Assembly (NCBI GenBank): GCA_965215335.1
Contig: CBDCDA010000001.1
Span: 256,001 to 320,000, forward strand
Length of the DNA: 64,000 nucleotides
DNA from: an uncultured Candidatus Entotheonella sp.
Lineage (GTDB): Bacteria > Tectomicrobia > Entotheonellia > Entotheonellales > Entotheonellaceae
Direction: 5' to 3'
In this document: positions 10,160 through 21,113 of the stretch, piece after piece
How positions within the stretch are numbered: position 1 is the stretch's first letter
Layout of the letters: each line of letters starts with the position of its first letter
Notes under the pieces: model-generated
The model's input: the letters and a program-made list of their open reading frames with translations, nothing else
What the model was told of the DNA's origin: nothing
The model's database searches: none
Position numbers and translations under genes: made by a program

Positions 10160-11097
10160 CGCTTCACGTCTTGCAACACGCGGGCAATGTCGTCTTTGTC
10201 TTTCAGCAAGATATTGAGCGTATCGACGATGAGTTGGCGGGACAGCACATCGGCGCCGAGCACCACGAGCGCCAGTGCCCAATCCAGGGTTTCGCTGATG
10301 CTGGGCGTCTTACGCAGTTGGAGCTTCCGCACGCGCTGGATGAACCGCACGATGTGCGTGGCCAGATGGTGATCGATGCCGGGCACCTTGCGCTGCACGA
10401 TCTGCAGTTCGAGATCAAAGGCCGGCTGGTCGATATAGAGATAAAAACAGCGCCGCTTGAGGGCCTCCGAGAGGCTGCGGGTGGCGTTGCTGGTGAGCAG
10501 AACGTGCGGCCTCTGATTAGCGCACAGCGTGCCGATTTCTGGGATACTGACCTGAAAATCGCTGAGGACCTCCAGCAGAAACGCCTCGAATTCCTGATCC
10601 GCGCGGTCAATCTCGTCGATCAGCAAGACCGTTGGCCGCGGCGACACGATGGCTTTCAGGAGGGGCCGTGGCAACAGGAAATGACGCGAAAAGAAGGCGC
10701 TCTCCTGATGTTGCAGGTGCGCCACCGCCTCGTTCAGGGAGCTGGCGTTGGCCAGCAGACTTCCCAGCCGCTCCTTGAGCATTTGCACATAGAGCAGCTG
10801 CTTACTGTACTCCCACTCGTACAGCGCCTTCGTCTCATCCAGCCCCTCGTAGCACTGCAGGCGAATGAGCTCGCGCTCGGTGGTATCCGCCAGCACCTTC
10901 GCCAGTTCCGTCTTGCCGACCCCGGGCGGCCCTTCGACGAGCAGCGGACGCTGCAACTGCGTCATCAGGTAAACGGCGGTGGCAACGTCCTTGCCGCACA
11001 CGTAATCGGCGGCGCCGAATGACTCGATGACATGCTCGACAGGAGCCAGTTTCGGGGCTTCGGCGGAGGGCACGAAAAAGGGTTGTGCAGCAACCAA
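10156..11097 (-). CDS. CoxD-like MoxR AAA+ ATPase
   Basis: Walker A GPPGVGKT, RLQCYEGLD, Walker B LLIDEID, LSEALKRRC; probable TTG start after aggag. Confidence 0.9.
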   Translation of the reverse strand: MVAAQPFFVPSAEAPKLAPVEHVIESFGAADYVCGKDVATAVYLMTQLQRPLLVEGPPGVGKTELAKVLADTTERELIRLQCYEGLDETKALYEWEYSKQLLYVQMLKERLGSLLANASSLNEAVAHLQHQESAFFSRHFLLPRPLLKAIVSPRPTVLLIDEIDRADQEFEAFLLEVLSDFQVSIPEIGTLCANQRPHVLLTSNATRSLSEALKRRCFYLYIDQPAFDLELQIVQRKVPGIDHHLATHIVRFIQRVRKLQLRKTPSISETLDWALALVVLGADVLSRQLIVDTLNILLKDKDDIARVLQDVKR

Positions 11098-11116
11098 GAC
11101 GTTCTCCTGGAAACCT

Positions 11117-12358
11117 TTAGTCAAACGCCCGAAAGACCAGCGCGGCGTTGGTGCCCCCGAAGCCGAAGGCGTTGGACATGGCGACGCGCAGGGCAGCCTG
11201 CCGGGCCTCGTTGGGCACATAGTCCAAGTCGCAGCGCGGATCCGGGTGCTCGTGGTTGATCGTTGGCGGCAGGATACCCTGGCGCAAGGCCAGGATCGTG
11301 AATATCGACTCGACCGCCCCGGCGGCACCCAGCATGTGGCCAGTCATGGATTTGGTGGCGCTGACCGGCAGCGCATAGGCGCGGTCCTTGAAGACGGACT
11401 TGATGGCCATGGTCTCGGAGACGTCGCCGGCCGGCGTCGAGGTGGCGTGCGCATTGACGTAATCCACCGCATCCGCCGACAGGCCGGCATCCTGCAGAGC
11501 GACGGCCATACAGGCGGCGGCGCCGGCACCGTCCGGCGGCGGCGCAGTGATGTGATGGGCATCCGAGGCGCTGCCGTAGCCCATGAGCTCGGCATGGACA
11601 GGGGCACCACGCCGCCTGGCGTGGTGCAGTTCCTCCAGAACCAGAACGGCGGACCCCTCGGACATTACAAAGCCGTCTCGTTCACGGTCAAACGGCCGGC
11701 TCGCCCTGGCAGGGGCGTCCGCCTCCGGCGACAGGGCGCGCATATTGCCAAACGCGCTGATGGCCAGCGGCGTGATCGTCGCTTCTGCGCCGCCCGCAAT
11801 CATCACGTCGGCGGCACCGCGCAGGATGGTATGAAACGCCTCGCCAATCGAGTGGGCGCCCGCGGCGCACGCCGTCACGCTGCCGTTGTTGGGTCCGGTA
11901 GCCCCGAAGCGTATGGAAACGTGGCCCGAGGCAAGGTTGCCCAACAGCATGGCGGGAAAGATGGGCGACACCCGTTTCGGCCCCTTTTCCAGCAACACGC
12001 CATGCACGGTTTCAAGGGACTCCAGCCCGCCCATGGCACTGCCGATGTACACACCGGTGCGCTCGCCAGCGCCTCCGTCGATGTTGAGGCCGGCATCGTT
12101 CACCGCTTCCTGGCTGGCGGCGACGGCGAGCTGGCAAAAGCGGTCGGTGCGGCGAATGTCGTGTTTGTCCAGGTATTTGGCGGGGTCGAACGCGCGGACT
12201 TCTCCGGCGATATGGGCAGGGTAGGCGGTGGCGTCGAACCGCGTGATGGGGCCGATTCCCGACTCGCCGCGGCAAAGCCGCTGCCAGATGGTATCGACAT
12301 CAGTCCCGAGCGGTGTCATTGCACCAAGCCCCGTGACAACCACACGCCTGTGCATCAT
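11117..12358 (-). CDS. fabF: 3-oxoacyl-ACP synthase II
   Basis: RRVVVTGLG, TACAAG (catalytic Cys), NAHATST, KSMTGHMLGAAG, SNAFGFGGTN. Confidence 0.92.
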   Translation of the reverse strand: MMHRRVVVTGLGAMTPLGTDVDTIWQRLCRGESGIGPITRFDATAYPAHIAGEVRAFDPAKYLDKHDIRRTDRFCQLAVAASQEAVNDAGLNIDGGAGERTGVYIGSAMGGLESLETVHGVLLEKGPKRVSPIFPAMLLGNLASGHVSIRFGATGPNNGSVTACAAGAHSIGEAFHTILRGAADVMIAGGAEATITPLAISAFGNMRALSPEADAPARASRPFDRERDGFVMSEGSAVLVLEELHHARRRGAPVHAELMGYGSASDAHHITAPPPDGAGAAACMAVALQDAGLSADAVDYVNAHATSTPAGDVSETMAIKSVFKDRAYALPVSATKSMTGHMLGAAGAVESIFTILALRQGILPPTINHEHPDPRCDLDYVPNEARQAALRVAMSNAFGFGGTNAALVFRAFD

Positions 12359-12442
12359 CTCTCCCCTTTCCTGCGTCAAAGCCCTGAAGGTGCCCATCAT
12401 ACAGCATGAAGGTTGCTTTTTCTTCCCCCCACGCCGGTCGCC

Positions 12443-13237
12443 CTAACGGCCCTGAAACTGCGGCGGGCGTTTCTCCAGGAAGGCGCGCCATCCCTCCTGA
12501 AAGTCCTCCGTTTCGTAGGGCGACACCGCCAGCGCCTGATGGGCCGGCGTCAGTCCGTCCAGCGCCGGATGCTCCAGAACGGTGTGCAGAATTTCCTTGT
12601 GCACGCGGTGCACGACCGGTGCCAGGGCCGCGACCCTGTTCGCCATGTCGTAGGTAAATGCCTCGACGTCGGCCGTCGGGACGACGTGATTGACGAGACC
12701 GATGGCATGTGCTTCCGCGGCCGGAATAATGGCGGCGGTGAGCAGCAGTTCCATGGTTTTGGCGTGGCCGATGAGGCGCACCATGCGGCGCATCTCGCGG
12801 TAGGCGATCGGCAACCCGAGCCGGGCAATCGGCACGCCCATGCGGGCGGTGCCAGAAGCGATACGGATATCGCAGGCCATGCTGAACTCGCAGCCGCCGC
12901 CGACGCAGGCGCCCTCGATCAGGCAGAGGGTCGGCTTGCCGACGGCTTCCGCCATGTCCATGGCGGCGTCAAAGGCGGCGTTGTACAGCGTGGCCTTGGC
13001 GGCGTTGTTGCGGTGCGTGACGAATTCGCTGATGTCGGCGCCAGCGGAAAACGCCTCGCCGCCGGCCCCCCGAAAGACGATGACGCGCACCGCCGGGTCC
13101 TCCTTCAGATCGACCAGCAGACGCTGCAAGTGGTTCCACATGGCGAAGGTGATAGCGTTGCGCCGCTCGGGACGGTTGAAGGTGACGGTGGCAATGGCTC
13201 CGTCGCTGGTCAGGAGAATCGAATCGGTCGTGGACAT
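12443..13237 (-). CDS. Enoyl-CoA hydratase/isomerase (crotonase) family protein
   Basis: TFNRPERRNAI, FSAGADI, CVGGGCE, EGWRAFLEKRPPQFQGR; ATG at 13237. Confidence 0.9.
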   Translation of the reverse strand: MSTTDSILLTSDGAIATVTFNRPERRNAITFAMWNHLQRLLVDLKEDPAVRVIVFRGAGGEAFSAGADISEFVTHRNNAAKATLYNAAFDAAMDMAEAVGKPTLCLIEGACVGGGCEFSMACDIRIASGTARMGVPIARLGLPIAYREMRRMVRLIGHAKTMELLLTAAIIPAAEAHAIGLVNHVVPTADVEAFTYDMANRVAALAPVVHRVHKEILHTVLEHPALDGLTPAHQALAVSPYETEDFQEGWRAFLEKRPPQFQGR

Positions 13238-13269
13238 GAAGGCTCCATCTTTGAGGTGCAACGGTCGGA

Positions 13270-13917
13270 TTACGACTGCAAACCGGAATATGGCTTGCCC
13301 CATTCGTCCTCGTAGACGACATCTTCCAGGGGACCGCGGCTGACGGGTCCGAAGCGCCCCATGGGATAGCCGATCGGCAGGATGGCGTACGAATGAACCC
13401 CGGCGGGCAGGCCGAGCGCCGCCTCGGCTTCCTCTTCGTGCAGCAGGTGGCGCGTCGTCAGGGTCGTGCCGAGTCCCAGGGCGCGAGCGGCGAGCAGCAT
13501 GTTCTGTACCGCCGGGTAGATGGAGGCGCCGGACATGCGGCCGGGCTGCGTCGTTCCCTCGTCGAGGCAGGCCACGATCCACACCGGCGCCTCGTGGAAA
13601 TGGTCCGTCAGATATGCGACCGCAGCGTGCTGGCGCATGTAACGTTCGCGCGTCACGCCCGGCGGCGGCTCGCTGGTGAAATAACGCGGCCCGACGACCT
13701 CCTCGAAAGCACGTTTGTAGAAGACTTGCACCTGCTTCTTGATCTTCTCGTCCCTGACGATCAGGAAACGCCAGGTCTGCCGGTTGCTGCCGTTCGCGGC
13801 GGCGACGCCCGCTTCGAGAATGCGGCGGATCAGCGCGTCGGGCACCGGGTCCGGTTTCAGGCGGCGCATGGCACGGGTGGTATGGATGACGTGAAACAGG
13901 TCGGTTTCCTCAGCCAT
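13270..13917 (-). CDS. Nitroreductase family protein
   Basis: TTRAMRRLKPDPV, NGSNRQTWRF, SIYPAVQNMLLAARALGLG, PIGYP. Confidence 0.9.
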   Translation of the reverse strand: MAEETDLFHVIHTTRAMRRLKPDPVPDALIRRILEAGVAAANGSNRQTWRFLIVRDEKIKKQVQVFYKRAFEEVVGPRYFTSEPPPGVTRERYMRQHAAVAYLTDHFHEAPVWIVACLDEGTTQPGRMSGASIYPAVQNMLLAARALGLGTTLTTRHLLHEEEAEAALGLPAGVHSYAILPIGYPMGRFGPVSRGPLEDVVYEDEWGKPYSGLQS

Positions 13918-14182
13918 GGTCCTTCTCCTCTGCTTCCCCGAACGCTCCGCGCCGAGAGCCTCGGCGCGCCGTTACCGTGCCGTTCGCCGGCGGCGACTAG
14001 CATACGGCGTCAGGCAGGCAGGCGCAAATCGTTGCGGCGTCTTATTTTGCGGCTCGCCAAGCACCTGATCTGCCCTGTGGATGCCCCCAACGCTTTGTGG
14101 TATCCTGGCCGCCCGCCGGCAGCAGGTTACGGCACTGAACTTGGTGAACCGCATAACAGTCTGGAACGTCAGTGAGGGGCAG

Positions 14183-15028
14183 GTGACTGGCAGCCGGCGA
14201 CCGCTGAACAGGGGTGTCGTGGAACTCGGCCTGCGGCGGTCCGGGCCGCGCACCGTGGTACGGGATGCCTACTTCCGAGCCCCGTTACAGATCATGCGGC
14301 CCTATTATCTGGACGACAGCGGTACGGCTTACGTCTATCTGCTGAGTCCTGGCGGCGGGGTGGTCGGCGGCGATCGTTACACGATCATGATAACGCTGGA
14401 AGCCGGTGCCCGCGCCTGCGTGACGACGGCGTCGGCAACCAAGCTCTACGCCTCGCCGGACAGCATGGCCCGCCAGCGTTTCGAGGTCAATCTGCAAGCC
14501 GGGACGGTCTTCGAGTACTTGCCGGAGCAGATCATTCCCTTCGCCCGATCCGCGTTCCATCAGGACATGACGGTGCGTCTCGGCAGCGGCGCCCTCGCCA
14601 TGCTGACGGAAATTGTCGCACCGGGTCGGCTGGCGCGCGGCGAGGCGTTCGCGTACCGCGACTACGACTCCGGTTTGAGCGTGACAGATGCGCGAGGCCG
14701 GGTGCTGTTGCGCGAGCGCACCCGCCTGCAGCCGCTACGCTGGGGCGCCGGGAACGGCTTGGGGCTGTTGGAAGGCTTCAATTATCTGGGAACCCTGTAC
14801 GTATTGAGCGAATCCTGCGGTACGCCAGGCGAATTGGCCGACGACCTGCACAGTCTCGTGGCGGATCGCCAGCGCTGTATCGGGGGCGCCAGCGCTCTGG
14901 CGCGGGGCGGTGTCGTGGTTCGTCTCTTGGCTGAGGACCATGCCACGGTAAGCCGTACCTTGCATGCCGTATGGGACCGGGTACGGCGGTGTTTGTTGGG
15001 ATATCCGGCGGTGAGATGGCGCAAGTAG
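14183..15028 (+). CDS. ureD: Urease accessory protein UreD
   Basis: PGGGVVGGD, TTASATKLY, EYLPEQIIPF, PGRLARGEAF; GTG start after gagggg (start uncertain). Confidence 0.9.
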   Translation: MTGSRRPLNRGVVELGLRRSGPRTVVRDAYFRAPLQIMRPYYLDDSGTAYVYLLSPGGGVVGGDRYTIMITLEAGARACVTTASATKLYASPDSMARQRFEVNLQAGTVFEYLPEQIIPFARSAFHQDMTVRLGSGALAMLTEIVAPGRLARGEAFAYRDYDSGLSVTDARGRVLLRERTRLQPLRWGAGNGLGLLEGFNYLGTLYVLSESCGTPGELADDLHSLVADRQRCIGGASALARGGVVVRLLAEDHATVSRTLHAVWDRVRRCLLGYPAVRWRK

Positions 15029-15095
15029 CCGCAGGCAGGGGAGCAAGGGACGCCGAGGGTCGGCGTGTCCGGCAAGGAAGACAAGGGGGAAAACG

Positions 15096-16424
15096 ATGTT
15101 TGCAGGGCTGATCGACAAGTTTCGGATTCAGGGTTTGGCCACAGTGGCGGCGGGTTTTGGCCTGCTGACGGGTCTGACGCCGGACACGGTGCAGGCACAG
15201 GAAAGGGCTGTCGGTAGCGCGGGCGACACGGCTTGGGTGTTGACCTCGTCGGTGCTCGTCTTGATGATGGTGGCGCCGGGCTTGGCGCTGTTCTACGGCG
15301 GCTTGGTGCGCCGCAAGAACGTGCTGGCGACTCTGATGCAGAGCTTCATTCTGCTGGCCATGATCAGCGTGCAGTGGGTGTTGTGGGGATACAGCCTTGC
15401 CTTTGGCCCGGATATTGGCGGCGTGATCGGCAACCTCGAGTATCTTGGTCTGGCTGGGGTAGGTGGCGAGCCCGGCCCGTACGCCGATACCATTCCGCAT
15501 CTGGCGTTCATGGCGTTTCAGGGCATGTTCGCGGCCATCACCCCGGCACTCATCACGGGTGCCTTTGCCGAGCGCATGAAATTTTCCGCCTTCCTGATCT
15601 TCGGCCTGCTGTGGAGCACCCTGGTGTACGACCCGCTGGCCCACTGGGTATGGGGTGGCGGCTGGATCGGCGCCATCGGCGCGCTGGATTTTGCCGGCGG
15701 CACCGTGGTGCACATCAGTTCCGGCGTTTCCGCGCTGGTATGCGCCATCGTGCTGGGCAAGCGCCGCGGCTTTCCGTCCGAGCACATGCCGCCGCACAAC
15801 CTGCCGCTGGCTGTTGTTGGCGCCGCCCTGCTGTGGGTCGGATGGTTCGGTTTCAACGCCGGCAGCGCCCTCGGCGCGAACGAGACGGCGGCGTTCGCGT
15901 TCGTCACCACCAACACGGCGGCGGCGGCGGCGGCGCTGACCTGGATGTTCGCCGAGTGGCGTCATTCCGGCAGGCCCACCATGCTGGGCGCCGCCACCGG
16001 CGCGGTCGCGGGCTTGGTGGCGATCACCCCGGCGGCGGGCTTCGTCGGGCCGCTTTCGGCGGTCCTCATTGGCATCGTGGCCGGTTTGTTGTGCTTCGGC
16101 GCCGTGGTCATGAAAGTCCGTCTGGGATACGACGACTCCCTGGACGTTGTCGGCGTGCACGGCGTCGGCGGCGCCTGGGGTGCCCTTGCAACCGGCCTGT
16201 TTGCCGCTGCCGCGATCGGCGGCACGAACGGGTTGTTCTTCGGCAATGTGGCGCAGATGGGGCCGCAGATCGTCAGCGTGGTGGCGACCTGCGTCTATGC
16301 CGCAGCGGTGACCTGGATCATCCTCAAGCTCTTGGATCTGACGGTCGGCCTGCGGGTGTCGCAGGAAGACGAGCAGATGGGCCTCGACCTGAGTCAGCAC
16401 AACGAGGCTGGCTACACCTTGTAG
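15096..16424 (+). CDS. amtB: Ammonium transporter (Amt family)
   Basis: GDTAWVL, LFYGGLVR, DFAGGTVVH, WFGFNAGS, DDSLDVVGVHG. Confidence 0.95.
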   Translation: MFAGLIDKFRIQGLATVAAGFGLLTGLTPDTVQAQERAVGSAGDTAWVLTSSVLVLMMVAPGLALFYGGLVRRKNVLATLMQSFILLAMISVQWVLWGYSLAFGPDIGGVIGNLEYLGLAGVGGEPGPYADTIPHLAFMAFQGMFAAITPALITGAFAERMKFSAFLIFGLLWSTLVYDPLAHWVWGGGWIGAIGALDFAGGTVVHISSGVSALVCAIVLGKRRGFPSEHMPPHNLPLAVVGAALLWVGWFGFNAGSALGANETAAFAFVTTNTAAAAAALTWMFAEWRHSGRPTMLGAATGAVAGLVAITPAAGFVGPLSAVLIGIVAGLLCFGAVVMKVRLGYDDSLDVVGVHGVGGAWGALATGLFAAAAIGGTNGLFFGNVAQMGPQIVSVVATCVYAAAVTWIILKLLDLTVGLRVSQEDEQMGLDLSQHNEAGYTL

Positions 16425-16451
16425 GCGCGGGCTGCGGGGAGGATTTGTCGC

Positions 16452-16775
16452 ATGCATTTGACGCCACGCGAGGTGGACAAGCTGTTGGTGTTCGTGGCGG
16501 CGGACGTGGCGCGTCGTCGTCGTGAACGCGGATTGAAGCTGAACTACCCGGAGGCCATGGCCCTGATCACCGCGGAGATCATGGAGGGCGCCCGCGACGG
16601 GCGCTCGGTGGCGGAGCTGATGCGCTACGGCGGGCAGATTCTGCGCCACGACGAGGTCATGGAGGGCGTTCCGGCCATGCTCACCGACGTGCAGGTCGAG
16701 GCAACCTTTCCGGACGGCACCAAGCTGGTGACGGTGCACGATCCGCTGCGGGCAGGGGAGGCACAAGGTCCATGA
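16452..16775 (+). CDS. ureA: Urease gamma subunit
   Basis: [31 protein letters not shown]. Confidence 0.97.
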   Translation: MHLTPREVDKLLVFVAADVARRRRERGLKLNYPEAMALITAEIMEGARDGRSVAELMRYGGQILRHDEVMEGVPAMLTDVQVEATFPDGTKLVTVHDPLRAGEAQGP

Positions 16776-17164
16776 ATCCGGGCGAATACATCCTGCGCGC
16801 CGAGCCGGTGCAGGCCAACGTGGATCGTGACACCGTCGAGGTGGAAGTCGCCAATCACGGCGACCGCCCGATTCAGGTGGGTTCGCACGTGCATTTCTTC
16901 GAGGTCAACAAGGCCCTGACATTTCCCCGCGCCGCGGCCTTCGGCAGGCATCTCGACATTCCCGCCGGCACCGCCGTGCGTTTCGAGCCGGGTGACCGCA
17001 AGCAGGTGACGCTCGTCGCCTTTGCCGGCCGGCGCGAGATGTACGGCGTCAACAATCTGTGCAACGGCCCGCTGACCGACGAGCGGCGTGCCGAGGCGCT
17101 GGCCCGCGCGCTGAGCGCGGGCTTCGGCAACGCCGAGGCGGAACAGGAAGGAGGGCAGGGGTGA
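16772..17164 (+). CDS. ureB: Urease beta subunit
   Basis: [27 protein letters not shown]. Confidence 0.97.
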   Translation: MNPGEYILRAEPVQANVDRDTVEVEVANHGDRPIQVGSHVHFFEVNKALTFPRAAAFGRHLDIPAGTAVRFEPGDRKQVTLVAFAGRREMYGVNNLCNGPLTDERRAEALARALSAGFGNAEAEQEGGQG

Positions 17165-18876
17165 GCTTACCCATCGAGCGGCGGACGTATGCCCAGATGT
17201 ACGGCCCCACGACCGGCGACCGCGTACGCCTGGCGGACACGGAACTGTTCATCGAGGTGGAGCACGATCTGACCGTCTACGGCGACGAGGTCAAGTTTGG
17301 CGGCGGCAAGGTGCTCCGCGACGGTATGGGGCAGTCGCCGCAGGCTGGGGCGGACGAGGCACCGGACCTGCTGATCACCAACGCGCTGATCGTCGATCAC
17401 TGGGGTGTCGTCAAGGCCGACATCGGCATCAAGGACGGCAACATCGTCGCGCTTGGCAAGGCAGGCAACCCGGCGCTGATGGCCGGCGTGCACCCGCAGC
17501 TGGTGGTGGGCGTGAACACGGAGGTCGTCGCGGGCGAGGGGATGATCGTGACACCGGGCGGCATCGACGCGCACATCCACTTCATCTGCCCGCAACAGAT
17601 AGGCGAGGCCATCGCCTCCGGCATTACCACGATGCTGGGCGGCGGCACCGGCCCGGCTACCGGTACGAACGCCACGACCTGCACGCCCGGGCCGTGGAAC
17701 CTCCACCGCATGTTGCAAGCCGCCGAGGCGTACCCGGTCAACCTGGGCTTCCTGGGCAAGGGCAACGGTTCGCTGCCGCAGCCGTTGCGCGAGCAGATCG
17801 AGGCCGGGGCGCTGGGCCTGAAACTGCACGAGGATTGGGGCTCGACCCCGGCCGCCATCGACTGCTGCCTCGGCGTGGCGGAAGAATACGACGTGCAGGT
17901 AGCCATCCATACCGACACGCTCAACGAGGCCGGCTTTGTCGAAGACTCCATCGCGGCGTTTCGTGGCCGCACCATCCACACCTACCACACCGAGGGTGCC
18001 GGCGGCGGCCACGCGCCGGACATCCTGCGGGTGTGCGGCGCGGCGAACGTGCTGCCGTCGTCCACCAACCCGACGCGGCCCTTCACGGTGAATACGCTGG
18101 ACGAGCACCTGGACATGCTCATGGTTTGCCACCACCTCGACGCCAGCCTGCCGGAGGACGTGGCGTTTGCGGAATCGCGCATCCGCCCCGAGACAATCGC
18201 TGCCGAGGACATCCTGCACGACCTGGGCGCCATCAGCATGATGAGTTCCGACGCCCAGGCCATGGGGCGCGTGGGCGAGGTGGTGCTGCGCACCTGGCAG
18301 ACGGCAGACAAGATGAAACGCCAACGCGGCCGCCTGCCCGAGGAGCAGGGCGAAAACGACAACTTCAGGGTGAAACGCTACCTCGCCAAGTACGCCATCA
18401 ACCCCGCCCTGTCGCACGGTATCGGCGACTACGTGGGGTCGATCGCGGTGGGCAAGATGGCCGATCTGGTGCTGTGGCAGCCAGCCTTCTTCGGCGTCAA
18501 GCCGTCGCTCATCATCAAGGGTGGCTTCATCGCCTACAGTCTGATGGGCGATGCCAATGCCTCCATCCCCACCCCGCAGCCGGTTTTATACCGACCCATG
18601 TTCGGCGCCCACGGGCGCGCCAGGTTCGCCACCTCTTATTCCTTCGTCTCGCAGGCCGCCGTGGAGCGCGGCGTGCCGGAACAATTGGGCCTGCAGAAGC
18701 GCGTGGTGGCGGTGCGTGGCTGCCGCGGCATCGGCAAAGCGTCGATGGTGCACAATGCGTACCTGCCGCGGCTGGAGGTCGATCCGGAGACCTATGTGGT
18801 AAAGGCCGACGGCCAGGTGCTGACCTGTGAGCCGGCGTCGCAGTTGTCGCTGGCGCAGCGGTATTTCCTGTTCTGA
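17161..18876 (+). CDS. ureC: Urease alpha subunit
   Basis: [46 protein letters not shown] start overlaps the ureB stop. Confidence 0.98.
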   Translation: MSLPIERRTYAQMYGPTTGDRVRLADTELFIEVEHDLTVYGDEVKFGGGKVLRDGMGQSPQAGADEAPDLLITNALIVDHWGVVKADIGIKDGNIVALGKAGNPALMAGVHPQLVVGVNTEVVAGEGMIVTPGGIDAHIHFICPQQIGEAIASGITTMLGGGTGPATGTNATTCTPGPWNLHRMLQAAEAYPVNLGFLGKGNGSLPQPLREQIEAGALGLKLHEDWGSTPAAIDCCLGVAEEYDVQVAIHTDTLNEAGFVEDSIAAFRGRTIHTYHTEGAGGGHAPDILRVCGAANVLPSSTNPTRPFTVNTLDEHLDMLMVCHHLDASLPEDVAFAESRIRPETIAAEDILHDLGAISMMSSDAQAMGRVGEVVLRTWQTADKMKRQRGRLPEEQGENDNFRVKRYLAKYAINPALSHGIGDYVGSIAVGKMADLVLWQPAFFGVKPSLIIKGGFIAYSLMGDANASIPTPQPVLYRPMFGAHGRARFATSYSFVSQAAVERGVPEQLGLQKRVVAVRGCRGIGKASMVHNAYLPRLEVDPETYVVKADGQVLTCEPASQLSLAQRYFLF

Positions 18877-18886
18877 GAGGCGGCGG

Positions 18887-19615
18887 GTGTTCACAGGCGC
18901 GCAGACCCTCCCCAGCGGCCAGGCCTTGTGGTGCCTCCTGCAAACCAGCGACCAATTTTTTCCCACCGGCAGTTTCGCCTTTTCGCATGCCCTGGAGATG
19001 TACGTTGCTGCGGGCCTGGTGCACGACCGCGCCGCCTGCCGGCGGCTGTTCATCGACCTGTTCAACCACGCCATTGGCCCCACCGACATGGTGTTCTGCG
19101 CTCACGCCCATCGCCTTGCCGCCGGGCCCGAGGCCGCCGACGCCAAGCTGTCGTTCCTGACAGACCTCGACCGCTTGCTGGCCGCCACGAAGGTAGCGCG
19201 CGAATTGCGCCTGGAGAGCCAGCACGTCGGCAGGTCGTTTCTGCGCGCCGCCATGGCGCTGTCGCCAGAACGCCTGGTGCAGGCGTTCTGGCAGCAGGTG
19301 CGGCAGGGCGTGTCGCCGGGCCATCACGCTATCGTCTTCGGTCTGGTGGCGCACGAGTTGGGGGTGCCGCAAACCAGCGCCTTGCTGGCGTACCTCTATA
19401 CGGTGGCCGGCAGCCTGGTCGCCGCTGCCGTCCGGCTGGTGCCGCTTGGCCAATCTGATGGCCAGCGCCTGTTGCACGAGCTGCAACCGTGTTGTCTGGA
19501 GCTGGTGCAGCGTTACGCCCACCTCACCCCGGAAGACGTCTGGAACGGCACGCCGGGACTGGACATTCGCAGCATGCAGCACGAGCGGCTGTATTCCCGC
19601 CTGTGCCGTTCATGA
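18887..19615 (+). CDS. ureF: Urease accessory protein UreF
   Basis: DQFFPTGSFAFSHALE, VRLVPLGQSDGQ, HERLYSRLCRS. Confidence 0.92.
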   Translation: MFTGAQTLPSGQALWCLLQTSDQFFPTGSFAFSHALEMYVAAGLVHDRAACRRLFIDLFNHAIGPTDMVFCAHAHRLAAGPEAADAKLSFLTDLDRLLAATKVARELRLESQHVGRSFLRAAMALSPERLVQAFWQQVRQGVSPGHHAIVFGLVAHELGVPQTSALLAYLYTVAGSLVAAAVRLVPLGQSDGQRLLHELQPCCLELVQRYAHLTPEDVWNGTPGLDIRSMQHERLYSRLCRS

Positions 19616-19650
19616 AGACGAAATCCATTGACGCATGAGGGAGAAACAGG

Positions 19651-20331
19651 ATGCACGACGTGTATCGAGAAGCGCTGCACACCCACCCTGCGGCGTTGTT
19701 CGACTGGCCCGGCAAGGCGCCCAGGCCGCTGACCATCGGGGTCGGCGGGCCGGTCGGCTCCGGCAAGACGGCGCTGGTCGACCGGCTCTGCAAGGCGCTG
19801 CGCGACAGCTACCGCCTCGCGGTGGTGACGAACGACATCTACACGAGAGAAGACGCCGAATTTCTCTGCCGCAGCGGCGCCCTGGCCGTCGAGCGCATCG
19901 TCGGCGTCGAAACCGGTGGCTGCCCGCACAGCGCCATCCGGGAAGACGCCTCCGTGAACCTCGAAGCCGTGGCCGGTCTGGCGGAGCGCTTCACCGACCT
20001 GCAGATCATCTTCGTCGAGAGCGGCGGCGACAACCTGGCTGCCACCTTCAGCCCCGAACTCGCCGACTTCACCATCTACGTCATCGACGTCGCCGCCGGC
20101 GACAAGATTCCCCGCAAGGGCGGCCCCGGCATTACCCGCTCCGACCTGCTGCTCATCAACAAGATTGATCTCGCCCCCCACGTCGGCGCCGACCTGCAGG
20201 TCATGGACCGCGACGCCCGCAAGATGCGCGGCGACCGGCCGTTCATCTTCACCAACCTCCTGGCCGGGCAGGGGCTGGATACGGTGGTCGGGTGGGTGCG
20301 GCGTCATGTGGATGTCGCTTTGCAAGCTTGA
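19651..20331 (+). CDS. ureG: Urease accessory GTPase UreG
   Basis: [27 protein letters not shown]. Confidence 0.97.
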   Translation: MHDVYREALHTHPAALFDWPGKAPRPLTIGVGGPVGSGKTALVDRLCKALRDSYRLAVVTNDIYTREDAEFLCRSGALAVERIVGVETGGCPHSAIREDASVNLEAVAGLAERFTDLQIIFVESGGDNLAATFSPELADFTIYVIDVAAGDKIPRKGGPGITRSDLLLINKIDLAPHVGADLQVMDRDARKMRGDRPFIFTNLLAGQGLDTVVGWVRRHVDVALQA

Positions 20332-20370
20332 ATCCGGCCCGTTGAGGCGGCGCCAATGACGTGACAGGGT

Positions 20371-20940
20371 TTGATTTTCCATTTTCTGGCAGGACTTCTT
20401 ACTCGTCAGGCATGCGGCAGGACCAAGCCCCAACCGTCGGAGCCGTCCAAGGAATGGCAGTTTACGGCCAAGCACCAACCCATCTATTTCACCTCTCTCG
20501 AGTTGGAAAATGTGCGCTGCTTTGGAGAACGCCAGATTCTCTACCTCACGGATGATGAGCGGAGATTGGCCCAATGGACCCTACTCCTCGGGAATAACGG
20601 GGTAGGAAAGACAACATTGTTGCAATGTTTGGCCTGGATGCGGCCGGTTCCTGCTCTGAATTCTCCCGGAAACAGCCCCAGCCCTCCTGACACCATCGCG
20701 CCAGCTTTAGATTCTGAAGAAAACGAGGTATTGACATCCACCTTCATCCGCGTTGGCAGCGTCAGATTATTGGGGATATCGCCTGTCATTTTCCAAAGAC
20801 CCAATTTAATTGCTGCTTCTCATAGTCCTTCCATAGTTCAGGCGGCAGTAGTTCAGGCGACAGTCAATTTCCATTATCCGCGAACGAATTTGTGGTTGCC
20901 GCGCGAACGATGGTCTCTGCTGGGTACGCCGTCACGCTAA
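20371..20940 (+). pseudogene. Internally deleted ABC/SMC-type (AAA_21-like) ATPase remnant
   Basis: YFTSLELENVRCF and Walker A GNNGVGKTT are joined directly to an H-loop-like IAASHSPSIVQ; no Walker B; lower GC. Confidence 0.6.
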
Positions 20941-21025
20941 TCCAGAGATATTTGCCCATCCTCGAAGGAGTAATCCAGGCACACCAGAATACCGGTATCG
21001 ATCAAGACTGCCACGGGTCGCGGGA

Positions 21026-21054
21026 TTGACAAAGCCAAGGCATGGCGCTACCGT
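21026..21054 (+). promoter_or_regulatory. Putative sigma70 promoter of the amidohydrolase gene
   Basis: TTGACA, 17 nt, TACCGT, about 60 nt upstream of the ATG. Confidence 0.4.
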
Positions 21055-21113
21055 GCGCGCCGGTTAACGCATACTCACGTTCGAGGAACCATCAACACGA
21101 AGGAGAGTATGGT

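Noticed and set aside
14130..14145. Sigma54-like site CGGCAC-TGAAC-TTGGT upstream of ureD
   Set aside because: The -12 element is GG rather than GC; plausible but too weak to call
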